Part shown: piece after piece, positions 37,924-47,439 of the stretch | How the letters are laid out: every line of letters begins with the position of its first letter | Numbering within the stretch: position 1 is the stretch's first letter | Origin: an uncultured Bacillus sp. | Lineage (GTDB): Bacteria > Bacillota > Bacilli > ZCTH02-B2 | Length of the DNA stretch: 64,000 nucleotides | Direction of reading: 5' to 3' | Assembly (NCBI GenBank): GCA_947085265.1 | Contig: CAMTVR010000012.1 | Span: 252,053-316,052 of the forward strand | Notes under the pieces: generated by a model | Seen by the model: the letters and a program-made list of their open reading frames with translations, nothing else | Database searches by the model: none | Told to the model about the DNA's origin: nothing | Program-made: the position numbers and the translations under genes

Positions 37924-37966
37924 ACGTTTGTTGAAGAACTAGGTGTTCACGCTAGGAGGTCATGCA

Positions 37967-38467
37967 ATGGCACAATTAGTGGTCGATGCTTTTATTGAGA
38001 TTCCCGCCGGGAGTCAGAACAAGTATGAATACGATAAGGAAAAAGGTGTATTCCGCCTCGATCGTGTGCTGTATTCGCCCATGCACTACCCAACGGAATA
38101 TGGATACTTGGAAAACACGTTGGCGCTTGACGGCGACCCCCTGGATATCCTTGTGTTGACCACCTTTCCAACCTTTCCAGGGTGTGTCATTCGCGCACGG
38201 GTTGTAGGTGCATTGTTGATGTCAGATGATAAAGGACAGGACGAGAAACTATTAGCTGTACCGGCTGATGACCCACGATGGGATTTTGCGCAGAATCTGG
38301 AGGATATTCCAGAACACCGTTTAAAAGAAATTGCTCATTTCTTTGCGGTTTATAAAGATCTTGAAAACAAAAAAACCGTGATCGAAGGATGGAAAGATGC
38401 GTCATTTGCTGCCAAACTTTATGAAGAATGCCTGGAACGGTATCAGGCCGAAGCTGCCGAGGCCTGA
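37967..38467 (+). CDS. ppa: Inorganic pyrophosphatase, family I
   Basis: IEIPAGSQNKYEYD..., YPTEYGYLENTLALDGDPLDILVL. Start ATG 37967 follows the RBS TAGGAGGT. Confidence 0.92.
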   Translation: MAQLVVDAFIEIPAGSQNKYEYDKEKGVFRLDRVLYSPMHYPTEYGYLENTLALDGDPLDILVLTTFPTFPGCVIRARVVGALLMSDDKGQDEKLLAVPADDPRWDFAQNLEDIPEHRLKEIAHFFAVYKDLENKKTVIEGWKDASFAAKLYEECLERYQAEAAEA

Positions 38468-38503
38468 TGAGTGGTGGGGGAGATGTGATTCAACTTCTGT
38501 TCA

Positions 38504-38533
38504 TTGACAATTGAGGCTCTCTCATGCTAAAGT
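38504..38533 (+). promoter_or_regulatory. Promoter of the T-box leader
   Basis: TTGACA (38504-38509), 18 nt (ending in TGc), TAAAGT (38528-38533). Confidence 0.55.
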
Positions 38534-38539
38534 ATCAAC

Positions 38540-38843
38540 AAATAAAAAGACAGGCGAGAAAGATGATGAGGGAGCCAAGGTGCGTGTGAGAATCTCCAGA
38601 GAGCCGATGGCTGGTGAAAATCGGCGATTCCCTGCACCGGAGCACTCCGGAGTTGACGGGCTGAATCTAAAAGTAGGCTCGTACGCGGAATGGCGTTATC
38701 CCATGGTTGTACAAACCGCTGAGGTTGCTGTGTTGCGCGGTCGGTGAACTGTTGCGCAGTCAGTGACGAATGAGGGTGGCACCACGAGACCTCTCGTCCC
38801 TCACACGACACATGGGTCGTGTGTGTCGATGAGCGGTTTTTTT
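38540..38843 (+). promoter_or_regulatory. T-box riboswitch leader, specifier UCU (Ser)
   Basis: Stem I has a GA/K-turn region (GAUGAUGAG), an AG bay AGAGAG (38598-38603) and a distal loop GGCUGGUGAAA. The specifier context is GAA-UCU-A at 38663-38669. The T-box sequence is AAUGAGGGUGGCACCACGAG (38769-38788). The antiterminator is GGG-UGGCACC-ACGAG-accu-CUCGU-CCC. A competing terminator helix (CACACGAC...GUCGUGUG) is followed by U7 at 38837-38843. Confidence 0.85.
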
Positions 38844-38880
38844 ATTTTGAAACAAATGGAGAGATAGGAGTGGAACTTGC

Positions 38881-40047
38881 ATGATCAGCGACAAAACACG
38901 TTTGCGGATCCCGGGACCTACACCGATCCCGCCTCGTGTCACGCGAGCAATGAGTCAAGCGATGATTGGACACCGCAGCCAGGAGTGTTCCAATTTGATC
39001 GAAGAACTCTCCCACCTTCTGAAACCTGTCTTCGGCACTTCTCATCCTGTCATCATTCTCACCAGCAGTGGAACGTCGGCGCTTGAAGCGGCTGTCGTGA
39101 ACACGGTTCAACCAGGTGATGAGGTCATCGTTGTCGTCACAGGTGCATTTGGTGATCGGTTTGCCAGCATTGCCGAACGCTATCAAGCAAATGTGCACCG
39201 CTTGGATATTCCCTGGGGACAGGCTTGCACAGCAGATCAGTTGATTCCCTATTTACAAAAATACCCGAACACCAAGATGGTGTTTACCACTTACTGTGAG
39301 ACCTCAACCGGTATCTTAAACCCGATTCCGGAACTGGCAACCGCCGTTCGGACCTATTCTGATGCTCTGATTGCCGTAGACGGAGTGAGTGCGATCGGTG
39401 GCGCTCCCTTCGACATGGAGACATGGGGTGTGGATATCGCCGTTACCGGTTCACAGAAGGCGCTGATGCTGCCAGCTGGACTAGCCTTTGTCGCCGTCAG
39501 TCAGCGTGCCTGGGAGCGGATCAATGCCTGCTCAACGCCACGCTTTTACCTTGATTTACGTACCTACCAAAAAAACATCCTGGATTCGACCACTCCTTAT
39601 ACACCAGCCATCTCCCTCCTCTTTGGTCTCCGCGAAGCTTTGCAGATGATCGAGGAAGAGGGACTGGAGGAAGTTTATCGGCGGCACCGCCTAATGCGCG
39701 ACATGACGCTAGCCGGCTTGAAGACACTTGGACTGCCGATTCTTGGCGATGAAGCCTATGCGTCACCGACTGTAACGGCTGTCAAAGGCATTGCGGGAGC
39801 CAGCGCCGAGCAGATCAGGAAGATTGCCAAACAACATTACCAGATGATCCTTGCTGGCGGACAGAAACATTTGAAATCGGAGATTTTCCGCATCGGCCAC
39901 ATGGGATATTGCGATCCGTTAGACGTATTAAACGTCCTTTCTGTCCTGGAACTGACGCTTCATGAATTAAAGATCGAAGTTTCCTTTGGGCAAGCAATTA
40001 AGGCAGCACAAGAGGTGATGGTTGGTGTACCGCATTCTGGTCAGTGA
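38881..40047 (+). CDS. Class-V (AGT/SPT-type) pyridoxal-phosphate aminotransferase, probable phosphoserine aminotransferase surrogate
   Basis: MISDKTRLRIPGPTPIPPRV..., TSSGTSALEAAV, and SQKALMLPAGLAF (PLP Lys). It is co-transcribed with serA behind a Ser T-box. Confidence 0.85.
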   Translation: MISDKTRLRIPGPTPIPPRVTRAMSQAMIGHRSQECSNLIEELSHLLKPVFGTSHPVIILTSSGTSALEAAVVNTVQPGDEVIVVVTGAFGDRFASIAERYQANVHRLDIPWGQACTADQLIPYLQKYPNTKMVFTTYCETSTGILNPIPELATAVRTYSDALIAVDGVSAIGGAPFDMETWGVDIAVTGSQKALMLPAGLAFVAVSQRAWERINACSTPRFYLDLRTYQKNILDSTTPYTPAISLLFGLREALQMIEEEGLEEVYRRHRLMRDMTLAGLKTLGLPILGDEAYASPTVTAVKGIAGASAEQIRKIAKQHYQMILAGGQKHLKSEIFRIGHMGYCDPLDVLNVLSVLELTLHELKIEVSFGQAIKAAQEVMVGVPHSGQ

Positions 40048-41611
40048 TCCACTCAGTGAGTATGGTTTACAAAAATTGTTGCAGGCGCCAGATGTCGAGG
40101 TGGTTCAAAAAACAGGCCTTTCCGAAGAAGAGCTGATTCAGCTGATTCCTGACTTTGACGCCCTTTTGGTACGCAGTCAGACCAAAGTGACCGCAAAAGT
40201 CCTGGAAGCGGGTCGAAGATTGAAAGCGGTGGGAAGAGCAGGTGTCGGGGTCGACAACATTGATCTGGATGCGGCCACCCGCTACGGCATCGCCGTCATC
40301 AATGCGCCAGACGGCAACACGATTACCACGTCAGAACATGCATTTGCAATGTTGTTGGCGTTGGCGCGTCGGATTCCGCAAGCCTACCGCTCCACTGTCC
40401 AAGGTGAGTGGCGGCGGAAAGATTTTGTCGGCGTCGAACTGAGGGATAAAGTCCTAGGAATCGTCGGGTTTGGACGGATTGGTTCAGAAGTGGCAAAACG
40501 AGCCAAGGCTTTCCAGATGAGGATTATGGCATATGATCCCTTTTTGACCCAGGAGCGGGCGGAAAAATTGGGTATTATTCTTGCAAGCCTGGAAGAGATT
40601 TATCAGCAGGCCGATTTTATTACCGTTCACACGCCACTAAACAAGGAAACACGGCATATGATCAGCACGGAAGCGTTTGCCCAAATGAAACAAGGTGTCC
40701 GAATCATCAACTGCGCCCGCGGCGGCATCATCGATGAAAAAGCCCTTGTCGAAGCCATCCGAAACGGCAAGGTGGCCGGCGCAGCATTGGACGTCTTTGA
40801 GGAAGAGCCTCCTTCCAAAGAAAATCCCCTCCTGTCGATGGACGAGGTGATCGTCACACCGCACCTCGGGGCTTCCACCGTCGAGGCACAGGAAAATGTG
40901 GCGTTGGATGTTTCCGAAGAAATCCTTCACCTTTTGCGAGGAGAACCATTCAAAAACGCCGTCAACCTTCCCAGTATTCCTGCGGAAATGATGGAAAAAA
41001 TACAGCCTTATTTCGATTTGTGTGAGAAACTGGGGCTTTTTGTGGCTCAAATGGCAAGCGGCGGGATTAAAGAGGTTGTCATCACCTACTCCGGCGATTT
41101 GCGGGACTTCAATACAGATCCATTAACACGGAACGTATTGAAAGGCATCTTATCGTATTACTTGACAGGAGAAGTCAATTATGTGAATGCCCCTCATCTG
41201 GCGGCGAAAAAAGAGATTCATGTGCTGGAACAAAAATCATCCCACAGTCGCGGGTTTACCAGCTTGATCACCGTCACATTGCGCACGAGTCAGGAAGAGC
41301 ACTCGGTCTCTGGTACGCTCCTCAACGGGTATGGCGCTCGGATTATCAAAATCGACAACTATTCGATTGACGTGGAGCCCAAAGGCCATTTCTTGCTCAT
41401 TTCCCATCAGGATAAGCCAGGCATGATTGGTCAGGTTGGCCATGTGCTTGGGGACAACGACATTAACATTGCCACGATGCAAGTCGGACGGCAGTCGGCA
41501 GGAGGTAAAGCCATCATGCTACTCTCGATTGATAAAGAGGCCGACCCGGCTATTCTGAACAAAATCCAGGAACTGTCTGACATTCGCGATGTAAAGGAAA
41601 TTGATTTGTAA
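40022..41611 (+). CDS. serA: D-3-phosphoglycerate dehydrogenase (with ASB and ACT domains)
   Basis: YRILVSDPLSE..., GIVGFGRIGSEVA, plus a C-terminal ACT domain. The true start is probably GTG 40025, 6 nt after AGGTGA. It overlaps the aminotransferase 3' end. Confidence 0.93.
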   Translation: MVYRILVSDPLSEYGLQKLLQAPDVEVVQKTGLSEEELIQLIPDFDALLVRSQTKVTAKVLEAGRRLKAVGRAGVGVDNIDLDAATRYGIAVINAPDGNTITTSEHAFAMLLALARRIPQAYRSTVQGEWRRKDFVGVELRDKVLGIVGFGRIGSEVAKRAKAFQMRIMAYDPFLTQERAEKLGIILASLEEIYQQADFITVHTPLNKETRHMISTEAFAQMKQGVRIINCARGGIIDEKALVEAIRNGKVAGAALDVFEEEPPSKENPLLSMDEVIVTPHLGASTVEAQENVALDVSEEILHLLRGEPFKNAVNLPSIPAEMMEKIQPYFDLCEKLGLFVAQMASGGIKEVVITYSGDLRDFNTDPLTRNVLKGILSYYLTGEVNYVNAPHLAAKKEIHVLEQKSSHSRGFTSLITVTLRTSQEEHSVSGTLLNGYGARIIKIDNYSIDVEPKGHFLLISHQDKPGMIGQVGHVLGDNDINIATMQVGRQSAGGKAIMLLSIDKEADPAILNKIQELSDIRDVKEIDL

Positions 41612-41639
41612 GGATGCTTGAATCCCTGAGTGTTCACGC

Positions 41640-41667
41640 AAAAAAACTGCCCGGAACCAATCCGGGC
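41640..41667. terminator. Bidirectional intrinsic terminator shared by convergent serA and resE
   Basis: GCCCGGA-accaa-UCCGGGC. It is flanked by an A7 run on one side (which reads as U7 for the resE transcript) and by UGUUUAUGUUU on the other side (for serA). Confidence 0.75.
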
Positions 41668-41670
41668 TGT

Positions 41671-43503
41671 TTATGTTTGCGGAGGCTGAACCGGAAGGAC
41701 GATCGAGAAAGTGGTTCCTTTTCCGACCTGACTTTTTGCTGTGATCATTCCACCGTGCGCCTCGACAATATTTTTTACGATGGCCAGTCCCAGTCCTGTG
41801 CCTGCCTTTCCCCGCGTACGTGCCTTGTCTGTTTTATAAAACCGTTCAAAGACAAAGGGCAGGTCTTCTGTCGGAATGCCGACACCGGTATCTTCCACTT
41901 CGAGCAACACTTCATCTTTCAATGTCTGCACACGCAATGTGATCTTTCCGCCGTCTGGTGTGTGTCGCAAAGCATTGTCGACGAGATTGGTCAACACTTG
42001 CTCCAATCGATCTTCATCGGCATAGATCACGGGTATCGAGGATTCCTTGGCCAGTTCCAGTGCCAGTTTTGATTCCTCTGCCATCTTCTTAAATTTATGC
42101 AGGACATGTTCACACAAACTTACGATGTTTACCTTTTGTATTTGCAACTTGAGCTGTCCAGATTGGATGCGTGCCAAGTCGAGCAACTCGTTGACCAATT
42201 TTCCTATTCGCAACGATTCGTCATGAATAATCCTGACCAATGCCTTTTTTTCCTCATCGGTCTGGGCCACATCATCAAGTATCGCTTCACTGTATCCTTG
42301 CAACATTGCGATTGGCGTTCGCAGTTCGTGGGAAATGTTGGCCACAAAGTCGTTTCGCAACTTGTCCAACTTCCGCTCTTCTGTCACATCTCTGAGAACG
42401 GCCACCGCTCCACGAACTCCGTTATTCTTTTCTACCGTTTCCCGGTACAGAGGCGTAATCACAACTGACCAGCTCCGTCCATTGGCCGACACATCCCCAC
42501 TTTGTTCTTTTCCTTCTTCCAAAACATGTTGATACAACGGGATGAGAGGTTGGGGCAAGCGGTTGGTTTCGCCATTGGCTTCCTCTGTCATGTGCCGCAG
42601 ATGATACAACATCCTCCTGACCGGCGGATTGGTAATCAGGATGTTGCCGTGCTCGTCCACCGTCAACACACCGTCCGTCATGCTGTTAAGGATACTTGCC
42701 AACTGTTCTTTTTCTCGAGAAAGGTCTTTAATCGTCGTATCCAGGTCTTCCGCCATGCGATTAAACGTCTTGGCCAGCTCGCCAATTTCATCCGTCGTAC
42801 GAATGGGCACACGAACTTTGAAATTTCCTTGACTGATCTGATCCGCCGCTTTTTTCATCTTCAGAACAGGGCTGGTGATCCGCGTTGACAAGAAAAAAGC
42901 AAAAACCGTGGTCATAATAATCGCAATGGCTGCCGCATAGAGGATATACCACTTTGCGCCATTTGTCGTCTCAACCAGATTTTTCAATGACTGGTAAAGA
43001 ATTACCGAACCGATAATCTGACCTTTTTGATCGTGATAGGGCACCGCGACCACAAGAATATCGCCGCTTACATTATTGCTGAAAAAAAGGTTGGGCCGTC
43101 TGGCCTCATCGAGGGAACGATGAACCGAAATGGTACCTCCTCGATATACATGGCTTAATTCATCGGCATTTAACAATTCGGTTGCCGAAAGCTGCGGTAG
43201 ATCTGGATCGGTTGCGAAGTGGCTGACTTCCGCTTTTTCGGAATTCAAGTTATGGACAATCAGGCTGGTTTGATACGCCTCCAGAAGATGGCCGGCTGTA
43301 TCCACTGCCAGATCTTTATCGGAGTAAGTTTGAAAGATGTAAGCCAAGCGGTCGGCAAGATTCAGCAGGTTTTCTGATTGCTGACGCGAATAATAACTCC
43401 CGAGAAATTGCCCTAACAGGAGCGTCAATAAAATCAGGACAATGGTGACCATCCCAATAATAGTCGCCCATAATTTGACGACAACTCCTCTCCAGAATGA
43501 CAA
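41671..43503 (-). CDS. resE: Sensor histidine kinase ResE
   Basis: MSFWRGVVVKLWATIIG... (compare B. subtilis MKFWRSIVGKLW). Contains two TM helices, HAMP, PAS, the H-box FVANISHELRTP and an HATPase domain. The start codon is TTG. Confidence 0.85.
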   Translation of the reverse strand: MSFWRGVVVKLWATIIGMVTIVLILLTLLLGQFLGSYYSRQQSENLLNLADRLAYIFQTYSDKDLAVDTAGHLLEAYQTSLIVHNLNSEKAEVSHFATDPDLPQLSATELLNADELSHVYRGGTISVHRSLDEARRPNLFFSNNVSGDILVVAVPYHDQKGQIIGSVILYQSLKNLVETTNGAKWYILYAAAIAIIMTTVFAFFLSTRITSPVLKMKKAADQISQGNFKVRVPIRTTDEIGELAKTFNRMAEDLDTTIKDLSREKEQLASILNSMTDGVLTVDEHGNILITNPPVRRMLYHLRHMTEEANGETNRLPQPLIPLYQHVLEEGKEQSGDVSANGRSWSVVITPLYRETVEKNNGVRGAVAVLRDVTEERKLDKLRNDFVANISHELRTPIAMLQGYSEAILDDVAQTDEEKKALVRIIHDESLRIGKLVNELLDLARIQSGQLKLQIQKVNIVSLCEHVLHKFKKMAEESKLALELAKESSIPVIYADEDRLEQVLTNLVDNALRHTPDGGKITLRVQTLKDEVLLEVEDTGVGIPTEDLPFVFERFYKTDKARTRGKAGTGLGLAIVKNIVEAHGGMITAKSQVGKGTTFSIVLPVQPPQT

Positions 43504-44244
43504 TTACTCCCTCACCTCAAGTTTATAGCCTACACCCCAGACCGTCTTGATTAACTCCGCGGCTTCCTTTGAGACACTGCTCAACTTTTCTCGCAACCGC
43601 TTGATATGCGTGTCTACCGTTCGCAGGTCTCCAAAAAATTCATAATTCCATACATCCTTGAGAAGTTGTTCACGGGTAAATACCTTGTCCGGTGATAAAG
43701 CCAAATAGTAAAGCAAGTCGTATTCCTTAGGCGTCAAATACACCTCTGCTCCGTCAACCGTCACCTTGTGCGCGTCATGATCAATTGTCAGATGTGGATA
43801 TACGAGCATGTTTTTGGCTTTTTCCGTATCGAGATAGGAGGTCGCAGAGGCTCGGCGCAGCACCGCCTTGACACGGTAAATCAATTCCCGTGGGCTGAAT
43901 GGCTTGGAGACATAATCGTCCGCACCCACTTCAAATCCTTGAATGCGACTGGATTCTTCTCCCCGCGCCGTGAGCATGATGACCGGTGTGGTCTTCTTCT
44001 CGCGCAATTTCCGGCAAACTTCAATTCCGTCCATTTCGGGCAGCATTAAATCCAGGACAATCAATTGATAATCCTCGTTTAGGGCTTTTTCCAACGCCGT
44101 TTTGCCTTCTTCCGCTTCATCAATCACATAGCCTTCTCTCTCTAGATACAAACGCAACAAATTACGGATTCGTTCCTCATCATCCACGATGAGAATTTTT
44201 TCAGCAACATGTTTTTCAGTGGCAGTACCGCTCACTTGCTGCAT
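43504..44244 (-). CDS. resD: OmpR-family response regulator ResD
   Basis: KILIVDDEERI...DLMLPEMDG, plus a winged-helix C-terminus. Start ATG 44244 lies 9 nt after GGAGGTG. It directly abuts resE. Confidence 0.85.
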   Translation of the reverse strand: MQQVSGTATEKHVAEKILIVDDEERIRNLLRLYLEREGYVIDEAEEGKTALEKALNEDYQLIVLDLMLPEMDGIEVCRKLREKKTTPVIMLTARGEESSRIQGFEVGADDYVSKPFSPRELIYRVKAVLRRASATSYLDTEKAKNMLVYPHLTIDHDAHKVTVDGAEVYLTPKEYDLLYYLALSPDKVFTREQLLKDVWNYEFFGDLRTVDTHIKRLREKLSSVSKEAAELIKTVWGVGYKLEVRE

Positions 44245-44292
44245 TTCTATCGGCACCTCCAAACCTTAAATAGCCTTAATCTTTATTATACG

Positions 44293-44322
44293 AAAAAATG
44301 CGGCAGACAAGCGTCTGACCGC
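44293..44322 (-). terminator. Intrinsic terminator after rluB
   Basis: Minus strand reads GCGG(u)CAGAC-gcuu-GUCUGCCGC followed by AUUUUUUCG. Confidence 0.7.
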
Positions 44323-44331
44323 AGCGAAACT

Positions 44332-45105
44332 TTATGAACCTTTTGTGTCCAACATTTTTTTCAATCGTTCCACTTCCCGATTTGACAAAAAGCGATACTG
44401 TCCCGGCTTCAAGTCACCTAAATGAATGGGCCCCTGCTGGATGCGCTTTAAAGAAAGCACTGGGTGACCGATCGCATCAAACATCCGTCGAACTTGCCGA
44501 TTTCTGCCTTCATGGAGGTGAATTCGACAAAGGGACGTCACTTTGCCTTGTTCTTTGACTCGTACCAACCTCACTCTTGCGGGGGACGTTGGCCCGTCTT
44601 CCAGCTCAATCCCGTCACGCAATCGTTGTAAAGCGCTTTCCTCCGGCCTGCCTTGAACCCATGCAAGATACACCTTTTCTACTTCAAAGCCTGGATGCAT
44701 CAAACGATGAGCCAGCTGCCCATCGTTGGTCAACAATAACAGCCCTTCCGTATCATAATCCAGCCGGCCAACAGGATACACCCGCTCCGAAAGGGGCGGC
44801 AGGAGATCGGTCACCACCTTTCTCCCTTGCGGATCGCGGGTGCTTGTAATGACGCCCCTTGGCTTGTTCATCATGATGTATATTTTCTTTTTCGGTTCTG
44901 TCTGAATCCATTTCCCGCGAACCCGGATCTTGTCGGTATGTGGATTGACTTTGGTCCCCAGTTGGGTGACCACCTTGCCGTTTACTTCCACCCATCCCTT
45001 GCGAATCCACTCTTCACTCGTTCTGCGGGAAGCGACTCCCGCTTGTGCGAGCACTTTTTGCAATCGTTCCTGCAAGTTGTTCTCCCTTTCCGAAAACAAT
45101 ATCAT
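44332..45105 (-). CDS. rluB: 23S rRNA pseudouridine synthase RluB (S4 domain + RsuA/RluB catalytic domain)
   Basis: RLQKVLAQAGVASRR (S4 domain), and GRLDYDTEGLLLLTNDG (catalytic Asp). Confidence 0.9.
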   Translation of the reverse strand: MILFSERENNLQERLQKVLAQAGVASRRTSEEWIRKGWVEVNGKVVTQLGTKVNPHTDKIRVRGKWIQTEPKKKIYIMMNKPRGVITSTRDPQGRKVVTDLLPPLSERVYPVGRLDYDTEGLLLLTNDGQLAHRLMHPGFEVEKVYLAWVQGRPEESALQRLRDGIELEDGPTSPARVRLVRVKEQGKVTSLCRIHLHEGRNRQVRRMFDAIGHPVLSLKRIQQGPIHLGDLKPGQYRFLSNREVERLKKMLDTKGS

Positions 45106-45642
45106 TTATGGCAAAAAGACCCATCGGACAATGAAAACCGATGCCATCACAGCGACCAGATCGGCCAACAGCCCCACTTTCAGCGCATAGCGACTGTTCC
45201 GTATCCCTACTGCGCCAAAATAAACGGCCAACACGTAAAGCGTGGTGTCGCTGCTGCCAAACATCGTCGAAGCCAAGCGTCCGAGAAATGAATCGGGACC
45301 ATGTGTATCGATGATGTCAGTCGTTATGGCAAGCGATCCAGACCCTGAGATGGAACGGATCAAGGCGAGTGGCAAAACTTCTTCAGGAATCCCCAGTAAA
45401 TGTCCAATCGGAGCGATCACCTGAACCAGCAAATCCATCGCTCCTGATTCACGGAACACGGTTACCGCCACCATCATGCCGACCAAATGAGGAATCAGAT
45501 CGACCGCGATCTGAAACCCACCCTTTGCTCCCTCTGTAAACACTTCATAGACAGGGACCCTTTTCCAAAATGCCGTCAACAAAATCATTAACAACAACAA
45601 CGAAATGAACCAGACGGAAAGGGAAGATACGAGCGCAGCCAT
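45106..45642 (-). CDS. spmB: Spore maturation protein B
   Basis: 178 aa from ATG 45642, the same length as B. subtilis SpmB. Hydrophobic nucleoside-recognition (Gate) type protein that follows spmA. Confidence 0.85.
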   Translation of the reverse strand: MAALVSSLSVWFISLLLLMILLTAFWKRVPVYEVFTEGAKGGFQIAVDLIPHLVGMMVAVTVFRESGAMDLLVQVIAPIGHLLGIPEEVLPLALIRSISGSGSLAITTDIIDTHGPDSFLGRLASTMFGSSDTTLYVLAVYFGAVGIRNSRYALKVGLLADLVAVMASVFIVRWVFLP

Positions 45643-45643
45643 C

Positions 45644-46243
45644 TCACGCCTTCTCCCCGTTCCGATGACGCTCCCGCCATTGAAACCATTTGTCCAAACA
45701 CACCGCCGCAATTGTGGAAATAAAGGTAGCAGCCAGTGTTGTGCCGATAATCTCCGTCGGATTGGCCGACTGATAAGTCATCCGAATCCCAATAATGGTG
45801 GTTGGAATCAGCGTAAGTCCGGAGGTGTTTAAGGCTAGAAGCGTGCACATGGCGGGAGTGGCCGTCTCTTTCTGGGGGTTCAACGACTGAAGCTCTTTCA
45901 TTGCCGCAAGACCCATCGGTGTAGCCGCATTCCCCAAACCGAACAGGTTGGCAGTGAAATTGGAAAGAATATATCCTTCTGCAGGATGTCCTGGGGGGAC
46001 AGATGGGAACAAAAAGCGGACCACTGGACGCAATAAATTGCCGAGCGCATTCAGCAACCCGGCCTCTTCTGCAATTTTCATCAATCCTAACCACAATGTC
46101 AATACACTAATGAGACCAAAACTGAGAGTTACCCCTGTCTTGGCCCCTTCAAAGACCGCTTCATTGATCACTTCAATGTTTCCCTGCAATCCTGCGACCA
46201 AAATGCCAAACACAATCATCAAGAGCCAGATCAGGTGGATCAC
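45644..46243 (-). CDS. spmA: Spore maturation protein A
   Basis: MIHLIWLLMIVFGILVAG... 199-aa membrane protein. Operon dacB-spmA-spmB. Confidence 0.87.
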   Translation of the reverse strand: MIHLIWLLMIVFGILVAGLQGNIEVINEAVFEGAKTGVTLSFGLISVLTLWLGLMKIAEEAGLLNALGNLLRPVVRFLFPSVPPGHPAEGYILSNFTANLFGLGNAATPMGLAAMKELQSLNPQKETATPAMCTLLALNTSGLTLIPTTIIGIRMTYQSANPTEIIGTTLAATFISTIAAVCLDKWFQWRERHRNGEKA

Positions 46244-46275
46244 CGTTCTCCTCTCCCCAATTCAATTCTGATCGC

Positions 46276-47439
46276 TCACTTGTTGCTGATTTGTACCGGC
46301 AAAGAAGCCACTTGTTTTCCCCGAAAAGTTACGTTCACTTGACCCACTTTCGCTCCCTTCGATGCCTCCTTCAACCAATGAAGGGATTGATTCAGCAAAA
46401 TGATCTCGACGTGAATGTCATGGATTTCATCCTCTGTCAGCGGATAATAGAACGTTTTTGCTACTTCCAGTCGACGGTTCAAAGGTTTCCATGGTGGTGG
46501 AATGGGCACTTCCTGACCTTTTTTCAGTAGCATGCGCTTCGGATACTGAGAAAATCCGTAATCCAACAAGCGCATATGATCTCGCCAATCATCCGGATCA
46601 TTTAAGGTCACAACGACTAACTGTTGAGCATTACGCGTGGCAGAGGAGACAAGCGTTCTCCCCGCTTGACGTGTAAAGCCTGTCTTGACACCATCCGCCC
46701 CCGCATAAAAATGGAGCATCTTGTTTTTATTCAACCAGCTTCGTTGCCATTCTTCTCCCGTCCAGGATACACGCTTTTTTTCGGTTTTTACGATTTCTTG
46801 GAATACGGGATTTTTCAGCGCATAGGCGCTCAAAATAGCCATATCGCGAGCAGATGAATAATGTCCTTCCTGATCCAGTCCGTGGGGATTAGCAAAATGT
46901 GTGTTCCGCATTCCCAACTCCCAAGCTTTGGCGTTCATCAGATCGGCAAAAGCTTCTATAGAGCCGGTCAGATGTTCTGCAATCGCCACGGCGGCATCGT
47001 TTCCAGAGCGCAACATCAAACCGTAGAGCAGCGTCTCCAGCTTGACCTTTTCTCCAGGTCTCAGGTAAATGGATGATCCTTCCATTCGGCTGGCCTTTGG
47101 ACTAATCAAAACCTGATCTTCAAGATTGCCATATTCAATTGCCAATATCGCCGTCATGATCTTTGTGATACTGGCGATGGGTCGTTTTTCATCTGGACGC
47201 TTTTGATAAAGAACGCGTTTTGAATCCACATCCATCATGATCGCATTCGCGGCCTGAACCGCAGGGGCAGCGTGAACCGAAGGGGATTGCATCAGTCCTG
47301 CCGCCAGGATCAGGCACACCAATCCAACAACTCGCACACGTTTCAGGCGCTTTCCGAGATGATGGTTGTGATCATCACCCACTGAATGAACCTCCCATGT
47401 TCTCATGTATACGAGCATGAAGCGGAGAATATGAGACAA
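46276..47439 (-). CDS. dacB: D-alanyl-D-alanine carboxypeptidase (sporulation PBP5*-type)
   Basis: SITK active-site box (IASITKIMT), SGN (RSGNDAA) and KTG (VKTGFT). The start is uncertain: GTG 47382, 8 nt after GGGAGG, is a plausible alternative to 47439. Confidence 0.87.
   Translation of the reverse strand: MSHILRFMLVYMRTWEVHSVGDDHNHHLGKRLKRVRVVGLVCLILAAGLMQSPSVHAAPAVQAANAIMMDVDSKRVLYQKRPDEKRPIASITKIMTAILAIEYGNLEDQVLISPKASRMEGSSIYLRPGEKVKLETLLYGLMLRSGNDAAVAIAEHLTGSIEAFADLMNAKAWELGMRNTHFANPHGLDQEGHYSSARDMAILSAYALKNPVFQEIVKTEKKRVSWTGEEWQRSWLNKNKMLHFYAGADGVKTGFTRQAGRTLVSSATRNAQQLVVVTLNDPDDWRDHMRLLDYGFSQYPKRMLLKKGQEVPIPPPWKPLNRRLEVAKTFYYPLTEDEIHDIHVEIILLNQSLHWLKEASKGAKVGQVNVTFRGKQVASLPVQISNK

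Noticed and set aside
38639-38652. UCC inside CCGGAGCACUCCGG, considered as the T-box specifier
   Set aside because: It sits in a small self-complementary insert, not in the GAA-NNN-A specifier context. UCU at 38666-38668 fits the canonical geometry next to the AGCC/GGCU helix. Both are Ser codons, so the amino-acid call is unaffected.
38511-38747. 78-aa plus-strand ORF (and the minus-strand ORFs 38527..38811 and 38760..38942)
   Set aside because: They lie inside the T-box leader, and the RNA structure explains the sequence. No RBS is present.
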